A DNA stretch of 64,000 nucleotides from Octopus vulgaris (taxonomy: Eukaryota), in assembly GCA_951406725.2 (NCBI GenBank), contig OX597836.1:48360001-48424000 (forward strand), given 5' to 3'. The translations under genes were made by a program, and so were the position numbers. Shown one piece after another: positions 1-11,954 of the stretch. Numbering within the stretch: position 1 is the stretch's first letter; every line of letters starts with the position of its first letter. Below the pieces are notes generated by a model. It was given only the letters and a program-made list of their open reading frames with translations. It ran no database searches and was not told the origin of the DNA.

Positions 1-611
1 AGCTGTGTATGGTTTCATGGTTGCAGTTGGTCGTCACTGATGTCTTTAGATTCTCATAGAAATTCAGATGACATGGCAATAGAGAAAAAAGATGATTTAT
101 GGATTTATATTTGAAATGATTTAAAGGAGTGAAGCTTTGATGAAGTGCAGAATAAGATGGAATGAAACGACCAAGTTCACTCCATTGAGGAAGAACTAGC
201 TTTAACAGCTTTTTAATATAATAACATGTTAAATAATAACAGCAATTATACTATTAATAATAATAATGATAATAGTAATAACAACAAGAACAATGATAAT
301 ACTAATAATAATGGTGATTATAGTAATAAGAGTAATAATAATAGTATTTTTTGTATTATTAATCAGCAGAAGTTATAGATTCCAGATCTGAAAATTTCAT
401 TTATTGACACTTACTGAGCCTAGTAACAAAGATGAGGAGGATGATGATGATGAAACCCTGAATTAATGTTTGGACATGTAATAATATTATCAACAGTTCG
501 GGCAACAGAATCCTGTGTGCATTGTTTCAAATCTTTATCTCTGCCAATATTTTCACAGATTTCTTTTATTTTAATTTGCTTTGAGCTTGCCCTTGTTTTT
601 CCCCTTTTCAG

Positions 612-731
612 ATTGACTTGGGACATATAAAGGAGTGCTTTCAAGAAATCTATGGGCAACCATTGTCTGAATGGGTTGACAGTGACTGTGGTGGAGATTA
701 TAAACGATTGTTGTTGAGGATTATCAAGTAG
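612..731 (+). CDS. Annexin terminal coding exon, proximal copy A (C-terminal part of annexin repeat 4)
   Basis: Polypyrimidine tract and cag acceptor (AG 610-611). Phase-0 translation IDLGHIKECFQEIYGQPLSEWVDSDCGGDYKRLLLRIIK* (TAG 729-731) fits the annexin C-terminal consensus (E)IDL..IK..F...YG..L...I..DTSGDY..LL.L. AATAAA at 865-870. Upstream exons lie outside the window. Confidence 0.92.
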   Translation: MDLGHIKECFQEIYGQPLSEWVDSDCGGDYKRLLLRIIK

Positions 732-1148
732 CAAAAGAGAAATTAATTTTTCCTAACAGTAACCCTCTATCAGGTTTTTCATTCACAGCCAATGGCTTTG
801 ATAAAAAGAAAGAAATATTTGTGATATTATTAGCAAATATTAATGTATTTTCTTAAAGTACATTAATAAAATAAATTTCAAAATTGGATTAATTTTGTGT
901 CTATTATATTTTTAAGGAATTATCCTATTCCTCAGTTTTATAATGTCACCAAAATGATAAGTGTGACACTTAATGGTTTCTCTTACATTCAGTGCTTTGG
1001 TGAGATTCATGGATCATAGCTAATGGTGAAGTAATAGCTGATGTGGTTCTGACAAGATCAGCCATTGTCTTTAACACCGCATTTGAGTGTCATTCTTTGT
1101 TTTGCTTCCGAGTCCCAATACAATATCTTAATTATAAGTGCCATGTAA

Positions 1149-1363
1149 GGTGGTGAGCTGGCAGACGTTAGCACACTGGGCAAAATGCTTAGCGGTATTT
1201 CATCTGTTTTTATGTTCTGAGTTCAAATTCTGCCGAGGTCACCTTTGCCTTTCATCCTTTTGGGGTCAAAAAAATTAAGTACCAGTTGCGTTCTGGGGTC
1301 AATGTAATCGACTGGCCATCTCTCCCCAAATTTCGGACCTTGTGCCTAGAGTAGAAAAGAATA
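1149..1363 (+). mobile_element. tRNA-derived SINE, family B (MetaSINE-like core)
   Basis: GGTGAGCTGGCAGA...GAGTTCAAATTC B box; GCCTTTCATCCTTT.GGGGTC..AAATTAAGTACCAG core. Confidence 0.85.
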
Positions 1364-1966
1364 AGTTCCATGTTGTTTTTTTCTCTCTGTCATATATAGT
1401 GAAGCAAGGCTCACATAGTGTTTGTCACTGTTGACCCACTGGTGGCTCGTTTGGTATCTTCTGTTTTGTTAATTACATTTTCCGTTTGCTTAGTCTTTTA
1501 TTTTTTCTCATTACAAGATGAAACTCTGTATGAGATAAGGGGAAAAGTCAAAAGATTAAAAAAAAAAAAGACTTTATAAAATATAGGGCAAAACACATTG
1601 CAGCAGACCATAATTGCATAGGCACCGGCTGAGTGCCAGCTTCAAAAGGATTCAGAGAAAAGAAATGATAATATGATCCAACTGCAGGACTTTAAAAAAA
1701 AAAACAAAAAACAAAACCACCATAACCGTCCCAGTGGGTCGTATGAGACTTTTGAGTCTCCTGCAAATATTTCAGTCACGTCAGCTGGGTCCTTTCTTTG
1801 TGTTTTTTCCCTTCACCAAGCTTTAGCTGTTCAAGTTGAACATCTCCATGAATCTCATCAGTATGGAAGGGCCTTCAAGGGTGATAGTCACTGCTCCTAT
1901 CCCTCACATAAAAAAAGCAATTTAAAATCCAGAATTCGAAAAATATAAATACTAAATATATTTATG

Positions 1967-2360
1967 GAAGCAGGCATGGCTGTGTGGTGAGAAGCTTGCT
2001 TCCCAACCACATGGTTCTGGGTTCAGTCCCACTGCATGGCATCATGGGCAAGTGCCTTCTGCTATAGCCTTGGGCCGACCAAACCCTTGTAAGTGGATTT
2101 GGTAGATGGAAACTGAAAGAAGCCTGTTGTATTTATATATCTATGTGTGTGTTTCTCTGTGTCTGTATTAGTTCCCCATCACCACTTGAAACCAGTGTTG
2201 GTGTGTTTGCATCCCTGTAACCTAGTGGTTCAGCAAAAGGGAATGATAAAGTACCAGGCTTTAAAAAAGTAAGTACTGAGGTTGATATGTTCAACTAAAA
2301 TTCTTCAAGGCAGTGCCCCAGCATGGCCACAATCTCATGATTGAAACAAGTAAAAAGATA
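1967..2360 (+). mobile_element. tRNA-derived SINE, family A
   Basis: A box TGGCTGTGTGG, B box GGTTCAGTCCC, conserved body CCTTGTGAGTGGATTTGGTAGACGGAAACTGAAAGAAGCC, internal (TA)/(TG) tract, tail CCAGCATGGCCACAGTC. Confidence 0.88.
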
Positions 2361-2759
2361 ACAATTCTGGTTATTAAGACCTGCAAAGGTATTCTCGTTA
2401 TTGTGTGTTTGTGATGGAGCAAGATTTTATCTGAATGAGAGAAATCCACAGAAGATATTTTGGTAGGCACAATTTTTTAATTTTAAGCTTGCCTTGTTTC
2501 TCAAGATAAACTAATCTTCTTTTTTTCTTAATCCATTAACACTAAAATTAAAACTCCTCTCTGCATGCTTTACAAACGATGAGTGTTGTTGAAGTGAAAA
2601 CGCTTTCCTAGTTCTAATGCTTAAATACATTAAAATGCCAACATTATGAACTCCTGTTCAACCTCTTCACAAGAAAAGGGATTTCCTGGGCCAAGTGTAT
2701 TTTGATTGGTTTCTTTATCCTGATATGTTGGCTGACATCATTTTAATCAGTTGATTTCA

Positions 2760-2837
2760 GGTGGTGGTGATGATATTACTCAGGTAAGTCCATGATTCAA
2801 CCAACTGGGTCTGCTGTTTTAATCACTGAACATCATT
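2760..2837 (+). ncRNA. Candidate intronic box C/D snoRNA
   Basis: C box GTGATGA 2767-2773 and D box CTGA 2826-2829, with an internal C'-like ATGATT and short flanking complementarity (ggtggtg/catcatt). The D-proximal segment CTGCTGTTTTAATCA resembles the antisense of the conserved 28S stretch GGUUGAUnnAGACAGCAGGACGG. Sense to the annexin intron. Confidence 0.4.
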
Positions 2838-2940
2838 ACTGTTGTCATTTCAATGTATTTAAACAATACATTTAGTATTTGTCACAATATTTTATTGAGG
2901 TATGTTGCTAATTGTCTCAGGGAATTGTAAAAAAAAAACC

Positions 2941-2943
<3 letters not shown>

Positions 2944-2995
<52 letters not shown>
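2944..2995. repeat. (TA)n microsatellite
   Basis: Direct reading. Confidence 0.95.
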
Positions 2996-2997
<2 letters not shown>

Positions 2998-3120
2998 CTT
3001 TCTGTGGAAGAGTGTGTAGTCTCGAAATGTACTTTTTCAATTCCCGAGTGCTATACTAATACATCTGCTTGTATTCTACACCACCTGTCTTCGTCTTTCG
3101 TTTTTTTCATGAATTCTCCC

Positions 3121-3154
<34 letters not shown>

Positions 3155-4922
3155 ATGTTGAAATTTATAGAAAAACAAGTCAAAGACAGGTGTAAGAACA
3201 AACAAGGAGGTGGTTTATGGAAAGGTGTGTGTGTGTTTTTGTTTGTTTTTTTCTTTCTTTCCTATTTCTCTATTTCTGAGTTGTTTTTGTTTGTTTTTTT
3301 TTTCTTTCCTATTTCTCTTGTTTATTCTGTGTGAAATTCCTCTTTTTGACTCCCTGATTCTCTTAGTTTCCTCATACACAATAACAATACTGTTTTTGTT
3401 TGCCTCTCTTAGCTGCATGCAGTCAAACTCTTTCGTAGAAGCTTACAGTTTGTATTTTTTGCATGAATATCATATTGGTACTAATATTTAAATTTTACCT
3501 GAGTTTCTGTAGTAAATATTTCTAAATCATTTTCTCTGTTCCTTTTGAATCTTCTGATCTGTTCTAAAACCATTTTATTTAAGCATCGTTGGAACATGTC
3601 TACTTAAGATTTTACAATAGAAGGAATATTTTCTATTTGGACAAAATTCAGAATCTATATTTAAAATATTGTGTAAAAGACATCAACAAAGTATGTTTTT
3701 ATTGCTAAAGTTTTCATGGAAGAGTTATTGGAAAGCAATCAACCATTTTAAATATTAATAGAATTAAAATATACACTTATAAACAAAATATGTTACATGG
3801 TTGATGTTGGGGATGCCATCCAGCTGCAGAAACCATGCCAAAGTCGATGTTGGAGCACAAGACGGATCCAACAAATCTAACTCCTGTCAGATGTTAAATG
3901 ATGATAGTTTGTAGTAAACGAACTGAACTTTTTCTAATGCCATTTCCTGTTTTGGTAGTAACACCTCACTTGTTCTTGCAGCACATCAAACCATCCGTTT
4001 CTATTTTCCCCACAAAATAGTTTTTGTTGATAAAACATTAAAACAGGCTGGAAATCACCCAAAAGATTTGTAACTGCAACATCCAATAAACCTTCAGCTG
4101 TACCATTTCTACCAGCAACATTTCTGGATCCAACAGGAAACATACCATCTGACAACATTCAGTGTATATTTATTATTTATACTGAATCTAATAAATCGGG
4201 GGGTGTTTAGGGGAGACTTAGTTATAGCAAGCAAAAGGGAACACCTACATGGAAATCTCTCTTGTTAACTAGTTGCGTAGTTTATGAAGATGATAATGAT
4301 TTAGAAGCTAATTAAGAAGAAATAATGCAACTCTGACAGTTGGCCATAAAGTTTGAATATAGTAGTATACCTAAATATTCCAGATACTGTAGCAGAAGTT
4401 GGTCTTAAGCATTGTCTAACATTTCATATTAGACACTAACTTCAGAATTGCCATTTTCTATTACAAAGTCAATTGCAAAAAAATTATTGGAACTGTCTTA
4501 AAATTCCTCCTGATAACCAACTCCTCTAACCATAAATATCTAATATTGTTGGCTGGGCAATATTTGACATCTTCTCAGGACATTATTTGTATCAGGTTTT
4601 AAATTCTTTTTTGGCATTAGTAAGTTAACAATATCATTAATATTTCTAATGAAGTATTTCAGAAAAAACAAACTTGTAGGCTTTTATAAAACTTTGGTTC
4701 CAAAGTTACTTTTACATCTTTTATTAATTAAACTATTCTATTAAATCTAGAATTATTTTGGAAAAAGTTCTGTCTTCAAAGAGAAATACCACAAGATGTA
4801 GCATTTCATCCTTTTTCTTTCTCTGAGATCCTTTTTTCTAATGTTTTGATTGTCTCTCATCTGACCCGATTCTTCCAAACATTGTACTTTTTTTTTTTTA
4901 TATTTATCCTTTCTTCCTTTAG

Positions 4923-5045
4923 GTTGATCTGCAAGACATAAAAGATGAATTTCAAGCATTGTATGAAAAGCCACTTGCTGAGATGGTTAGCAATGACTGC
5001 GGCGGTGATTACAAATCCATTTTGTTGAAAGTAATTGGTGATTGA
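4923..5045 (+). CDS. Annexin terminal coding exon, distal copy B
   Basis: Acceptor tttcttcctttag (AG 4921-4922). Phase-0 translation VDLQDIKDEFQALYEKPLAEMVSNDCGGDYKSILLKVIGD* (TGA 5043-5045), 21/39 aa identical to copy A. AATAAA at 5089-5094 and 5218-5223. Confidence 0.92.
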   Translation, partial: VDLQDIKDEFQALYEKPLAEMVSNDCGGDYKSILLKVIGD

Positions 5046-5780
5046 CTTTTACATTCCATTCCAGTTTACCATTTTTGAAAAATAGTAAAATAAAACTTTT
5101 CGATTCTTTTACATTCTTGCTGTTAAATTTCAAAGAAACTGTTGTTTGGAAGTAATTTTATCGTTTTTGAGGTTTTAAATTTAATTGGATTTTATCCCAA
5201 TTGATTTTTTTATCAAGAATAAAGTAATTTGAACTGAAATCCTTTCTGGAATATTTATTTCTGAGATCCTAAATTCAATCATCATTTAATGCCTGTTTTT
5301 CCATAGCCAATGCCCTTCTTGTTTCTAAGCAAAGTAATATTTCCCCATGGAAGACTGGAAACAATCAACATCGCTTGTATGAGGGGTAGGCTTGTTTACA
5401 GCTGTCTCATGTTAAGAGAACAAACACAAATTTCTACACAATTTTCATCAACCAAACCCACAAAAGCTTAGGTCAGCTGAAGGCTGTTTGCCTAAGGTGC
5501 CAAACAGTGGTATTGAATCCTGATCCATGTGGTTGAGATCCACAGCTCTGCCTCACATTTTTTTTATTTTGATCTTATTTTCTGGGTGTTTTTCTTTCTC
5601 TTCACTTTGACTCCCTAATCAGGAGTTAAAAAAATTAAAATTATTTAACCCTTTCATGATTATTTTCCAATAGAAATAAGCAGCTCATCTTAATTAAAAA
5701 AAAACAAACAAAAAAAAATGGTTTTGGAAGGATTTTGTAAAATGACTTTCATTACTAAAACCCCATTTTGACCCCAGTGG

Positions 5781-5971
5781 TTACTCTTTTGTTTCAGTCA
5801 ATTGACTGTGGCCATGCTGGAGCACTGCCTTTAGCCAAGAAAATCAACCCCAGGACTTATTCTTTGGAAGCCTAGTGCTTATTCTAATCGTTCTTTTGCC
5901 AAACTGCTAAGTTGCGGTGACGTAAACACACCAGCATTGGTTGTCAAGCGATGTTGGAGGGACAAAGATAA

Positions 5972-6005
<34 letters not shown>

Positions 6006-6150
6006 GACAGGCTTCTTTCAGTTTCCATCTACCAAATCCACTCACAAGGCCTGAAGCTATAGTAGAAGACACCTGCCCAAGGTGCCACGCAGTGGGACTG
6101 AACCCGGAACCATGTAAGCAAGCTACTTACCACACAGCCACTCCTGCGGC
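5781..6150 (-). mobile_element. tRNA-derived SINE, family A
   Basis: Reverse complement of the family A consensus. Confidence 0.88.
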
Positions 6151-6676
6151 TATGTTCTTAACCTTTTTAACGTCCAGACCAGATCCCAAATCTGATAAAT
6201 GTTATAACTTTCTACAATAGTGATAATCTATTAAATGTCAATTAGATTGCTTAAGAGTGTTTGCTGTTTTGCAGGGAAACGCTTCAGAAATAAATACAAA
6301 ACACAAACTGGAATTGGAATTTTGGTTTACTTACATGTAAACCATGATGATGATGTGTTACCAAATATCATCAGTTTGTGCTGCACACAAGGTTCTAAGA
6401 GCAAATACCTTGTAAAATTTTGTGCTTTAATAACTAATAACACATAGGTGTTCCAGCCATGACCATGCAGTTGTTAAATCCTTTTCATATGAATGCAATT
6501 TTTCAACCTTTTCTTTTTTTATACCAACCTGTCTGAAACTGCTCTTGGCTCTAGGATACAATTTTCATGTTTTAAAATCTTCTAAAATAAAACCTCATTG
6601 AAACTTCAAGCAAATGAATATGGTAACACTTGGGAACAATTGCTAATTTGTATTCTCAGACTTGTTGGGTCAAGAA

Positions 6677-6995
6677 TAAGCTTGCTTCCCAACCACATGG
6701 TTCCAGGTTCAGTCCCACTGTGTGGTACCTTGGGCAAGTGTCTTCTACTATAGCCTTGGGCTGACCCAAGCCTTGTGAGTGGATTTGGTAGATGGAAACT
6801 GAAAGAAGCCCATCGTATGTGCATGTCTTTGTCCCCCTCAACTGCTTGATAACTGGGGCTGGTGTGCTTACATTCCTGTACTCTAGTGGTTCAGCAAATG
6901 AGATCAATAAAATAAATACCAGGATTTGAAGAAATAAGTATTGTTAAAGGTAGTGCTCCAGCATGGCCATAGTCTGAACACTAAAACAAGTGAAA
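6677..6995 (+). mobile_element. tRNA-derived SINE, family A (5'-clipped)
   Basis: Family A body and tail. Confidence 0.82.
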
Positions 6996-7789
6996 GATAT
7001 ATATATACACAGACTCATGCATGCACATAAACACACACAGAAAGTGCCTCAACCGGTTCCTCCAAGACTTGTAAATTACACAAAGCAGTCTCTGATGATG
7101 AGGCAGGTGGAAAGGGGGGGGGGCAAACTACTTTTGGTAAATAAAACAGTTTTGTCTGAAGTAAGAAAACACCAGAGTAACCCATGTAACAGAATGGTTT
7201 GATTACAGAAACCTATTTGAAGCTAAACTCCCCCCACCACCATTCGTGGCTAATGAAATCCCTATGGCAGGTAAAAGTACCTGTTTGAGCCGATATCGTT
7301 GAAAAGCTCCTGGAAATCTGGTCTACATTCCTCACACTTCTAACCGAAAGTGGAACACAAAACAAATCTGTTGCTGTCGTCCACTTATTTTGGACATACA
7401 ATCCACTGTTTTTTCTTTTATGAAAATCTGCTGGTTATATCTATGACGAGAGGCACCAATGTAATGTAGGATTTCTTTGTAGACAAAATAAAGTTTTAAG
7501 CTTAAAATATCTACAATGCTGAGTAACAGCTGAATTTAGTCACATTTTTTTGCTGATTTAGGAATGGAGTTTGGCCAAAAAGAAATGTTTGAAACCTTCA
7601 TATTTAAAAACTAAAGGTAGAAAACTGATCAAACTATTGCATTCATAGTTTTGCTATCACTCGTTCCGCAAAATGAATAATGCATAAAATATTTTGAATA
7701 TGACATAGAAAGCTGCTGTGAATAAAGAGTAACAAAAGAATATAACACCAGACCCAAACAGAGCAGAGCTTTGCTCTTACAAGACAAGA

Positions 7790-8560
7790 CATCCCATGAG
7801 CCATTTGCAATACCAGTATATGGGATATGACCATTTGAGATACTTAACTGGTTCTGTAGAGGAAATATGTTCCACAGACATTAGAATGTGAAAGATCCTG
7901 ACATCAAATGGAGATTCACACAGAAACAGTGATAGTGACACAGACTCCATCTCCTCAGAAATGTGTTGGGAAGCTGCTTAAAGATCAGCACAGACAGTCT
8001 TTGAGTTACGATATGATGTCAGTCAGTGAATAACAGCGACAAAAACTGTATACATCAACCGAGTGTTGAAAAATGAAGTGATAAACACATCCTGCGGGTT
8101 GGACGAGAATCCCTTAGCAAAGAACTGGAACCAAAAACACACTGTACATGTAATGTATGCATTGGATGACGATAGGAACACACAAAGTGTTGCTTCTCTT
8201 AGATTCATAACCATTTCATTGCATCACATCTTGAAGATTATGAATTTGCAATCGAAGAGCAGGTGACAATAATGAAATACCTAAAGAAAAATTGGGTCTG
8301 TGAAATCCTTCAACTCCCGAGATGCAAACCACAAGATGGTGATTATGTTCTGTGGAGGATATAACGCGTGTAATCAGCCACTGTCCAAAAATGGAATAGA
8401 GGGATTAGCTCTCCAGCTACGACCTGATCTTTTGGCTAAAACATATAATGTAATTGGTAGAGAAGGATACTCTGGGATAAATATAGATAATATCTCTGTT
8501 ATTAAATACAAGGAATATTGGTGGAATATTTCCTTTAAAACTTCTACCAAGAGCAAATAC
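7790..8560 (+). mobile_element. Degraded R4/Dong-like (RLE-type) non-LTR retrotransposon fragment
   Basis: Frameshifted remnants AIPV..., EILNW, DIRM*KILTSNG.SHRNSD, DRLHLLR, FAIEEQV and EYWWNISFKT occur in the order expected for the R4-clade RT C-terminus leading to the endonuclease region. Confidence 0.55.
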
Positions 8561-9689
8561 AAAAAAAAAAAATCTAACATACTCTGCCTTACTGGCTCTT
8601 TGTGCTGGCGGCATGTAAAAGCATCCACTACACTCTTAGAGTGGTTGGCATTAGGAAGGGCATCCAGCTGTAGAAATTCTGCCAGACCATATTGGAGTCT
8701 TGGTGTAGACCTCAGTGCCAGCATGGAAAGTGGACGTTAATCAATGATAGTGATGATGATGATAGTTATTAGGAGTGGAAAAGAAAAATTATGCATAATT
8801 GAAGGTAGCTTCCCAGCAGGTGAGAACATCTTTTTTGAAATCAGCAAGGAGGAGAGTATTTGTGGATAACTGTTGCAAAACTTGAAACTCTGATAAAATA
8901 GTCTACATTCATCTCAATAAATAATTGGTGCAGTTCGTTATGTTAGTAAATGTCTTCTAAGAGTCAATCTGGCAAAGAAAGGATTTTCAAGTTAAGAAAG
9001 AAACAATTACCAAATGTGATATTTAAGTGGAACAGGAATTCAGTGCATGAGTTTTAAGTTCCAGATCTAAAGCAGAAAGTGGAATTGTGTTTAGCTGCCC
9101 CACCTCCCTCCCTTCTATCACCAGATTACTTCAAAAAGACCATAATCCTACTTTCTTGGCTAATTCTAAATCCAGACTTACTACTTGAGAGAATTAGCCA
9201 GATCATAGTCAATGTGATTAAAGGTAGGAATTTATACAATCAACTCTTTTTAGGGAAACAGTTCCTCAATATAAGAAATTGGTTTGATTCTTTACACAAA
9301 CATAATTTCTAATATTTACACAATTTGATGTTGAACTTTATCCTTCTGTTACTGAAACACTTTTAATGACAATCTTATAATTTGGCCACAGGATAAGCTA
9401 CCATCATGGATTAAGATATTGATTTCACTGTACAGGATAGAAAATTTCTATCTTTTGATGATTCCTTCAGGGTTAAACTGTGAAGGCCCTGAGCCTTTTT
9501 TGATATTCATATGGGCTACTTTTATTTCAGTTATCCTGCCATCAAAATTTGATTATATAAGAATTAAGACTAATATATACAAGAGTTAATCCATAAGAAT
9601 GGCCACCAATTTGACAGATTTAGAAAGATTTCATTTATAGGTTTAGAATTTTAGCTCTTAAGATTACACTAAATGCTAATAATAATATA

Positions 9690-10270
9690 ATCTACTTTTT
9701 AAATGTTATACTCAAATCTCAGGTAGTTACAAATCTTAAAGAAAACCAAACAAAATTTTACATTTGATTAACAAAACAACTTAAACCCTCTTCCCTAGCA
9801 TTTGGAAGAATTTACCAAGAAATATTAATAAAAGAATTTTCAGAATCTCCTCTGATGAAGAGATGCATAATCAGGCTGCTGTATTTTACTGAGGCTTTAA
9901 GGAGAAGCAGCTTCAATGACAGGGTTGAGTACATCCCCCACCCAACACACAGCCCCTAATGAAGATGGTAAGTTACATGGTATAAGTCTCCTTTCAGTTG
10001 AAAGGTCTGATCTCAATTCAGTCAATAAACACTTCCCTAGAAGCCATAAGAATTCTATTAAAAATAACCTAAAAGTAAGTTACAGCTGTAAGGATAATGT
10101 CACCACTTCTGTAGCTAAGATTGATACGAAACTCTCAATCCTAGCTAAAGTAGCCCCTCTAACATGATTCCTCCTTACAAACACCTTTGCAGGAATATAT
10201 TTCTTCTAAATGATATAAACCTTTAACTTGTGAATCCCTATAGTGCTTTCTCAATGGAAATCTCCCAGTT
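9690..10270 (+). mobile_element. Degraded Penelope-like element fragment
   Basis: Remnants PSIWKNLPRNINKRIFRISSDEEMHNQAA..Y.EAL..S and NKHFPRSHK...NNLKVSYSC, characteristic of the PLE RT-thumb/linker region. Confidence 0.72.
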
Positions 10271-10784
10271 CTGTTAGAAACTAGAGATGAAAAGCAGTTA
10301 AGCCAGTATATATAAAAAAAAATAAAATAAAAACAAACTATTTCATGAATTTGGATGAAATTAGGTGACAGAGCCACCTGGTTTGCCAAACCTCAGTCAA
10401 ATCGTTCAACCCATGCTAGCATGGAAAGCGGATGTTCAAAAATGATGATGAATGTAATGATTGTTGCTGTACATTGTGAATGTGGTTTTCCTCAATGTTA
10501 TGGCACTGTCACCTGCCCAAGTAGATTGTATACAGGTAATTTAATTACATATTTTGACATTACTGCAGTTGATAGCATAAAAGACGTATGAGCAACTTTA
10601 GATGCTCCCCAATTTCAACAGCTCACATTTGGAATAAATGCTTTTGCTGTATTAAAGTTCACGGAGAGCCAACTTTGGCATACGGGACGTCAAGTAATTT
10701 TTTTGAGACATTTTTCGGACAACATGTTTGGGTAACATCAATCTGAATATAACAAATTCTCTTCAATTTAGTGACATGCTATCT

Positions 10785-11046
10785 TGAGTTGCTGAAGCAT
10801 GGAACAAACTGCTGGCATCAGTTGTTAGTTGTCGGAGCATTGCATCCTTCAAAACTTCCATGCTACCTGAGATTCGCCAACACTACACCTGATTTTCTCC
10901 CCTCCATACACACACAAGCATGTATCTGACTCATACACTGTTCGCTTTCCAGACATTTGTACATTACTGCATGTACTTTATATGCACTTTTGACAAGTTG
11001 TGGTGCACCTGAGCACTGTAGACAATAATTTCATTATTATTATTAT
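10785..11046 (+). mobile_element. CR1-type LINE 3' end
   Basis: RVAEAWNKL-like coding end, 3' UTR and (TTA)n tail. Confidence 0.82.
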
Positions 11047-11571
11047 TTTTATGGGGAATCAAATTATTTTCACTAAGTCCAAGATCTCTTTCTCTCACTG
11101 AATTATTAATAATAATAAATCTCTGAATGAGGTATAAACAGTAACTGCACGACAATGTGAGGTATACTTGCCATCTCAATATGGCTAATCACTAAGGGTG
11201 GGTGTTACTGTAGCTTGTAGCCCCAGGAGAACATCGTCTCCAGCTCACTTAAGGCACACTTTCTGTGCCCTTTTGGTATTTGCAAAGGGAGGTAATCCCT
11301 CCCTCGTCAACCTAAGTGATACGCACGGACTGCAGTTTCTAGGTATTGACCTGTCCTCAGCGTATGACAATAAATATACCATCTATCTACAAATATATAA
11401 TTCTCACGTGCTTTTTTGTCCCATCACAAGAGATGACTGACAAAGGAAGGGATGAAGACATACTGAACGGCATCTGTGTGTATATATGTATAGTGAATTG
11501 GCTACACACAATGGTTATTATGATTATGTGAATGTTTGTGTGTGTGTGTTTATGTAAAATATATTTATATA

Positions 11572-11735
11572 GGCGCAGGAATGGCTGTGTGGTAAGTAGC
11601 TTGTTTACCAAACCACATGATTCCGGGTTCAGTCCCACTGCGTGACACCTTGGGCAAGTGTCTTCTACTATAGCCTCGGGCCGACCAAAGCCTTGTGAGT
11701 GGATTTGGTAGATGGAAACTGAAAAGAAGCCCGTC

Positions 11736-11778
<43 letters not shown>

Positions 11779-11954
11779 TGTGTGTGTTTGTGTGTCTGTG
11801 TTTGTCTCCCTAGCATTGCTTGACAACCGATGCTGGTGTGTTTATGTCCCCATTACTTAGCGGTTCGGCAAAAGAGACCGATAGAATAAGTACTGGGATT
11901 ACAAAGAATAAGTCCTGGGGTCGATTTGCTCGACTAAAGGTGGTGCTCCAGCAT
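11572..11954 (+). mobile_element. tRNA-derived SINE, family A
   Basis: Near-consensus copy starting GGCGCAGGAATGGCTGTGTGG. Confidence 0.9.

Noticed and set aside
420-734. 104-aa minus-strand ORF (and 4753-4974)
   Set aside because: Antisense shadows of the annexin terminal exons.
2902-3491. ORFs with IYIYIY or F/L-rich translations (also ERERER at 18640, 19422 and 51097; SIYL at 41641)
   Set aside because: Translations of microsatellites and low-complexity DNA.
4230-4520. Possible hAT dimerisation-domain remnant between the annexin exons
   Set aside because: Similarity too faint to support without alignment; not an annexin exon.
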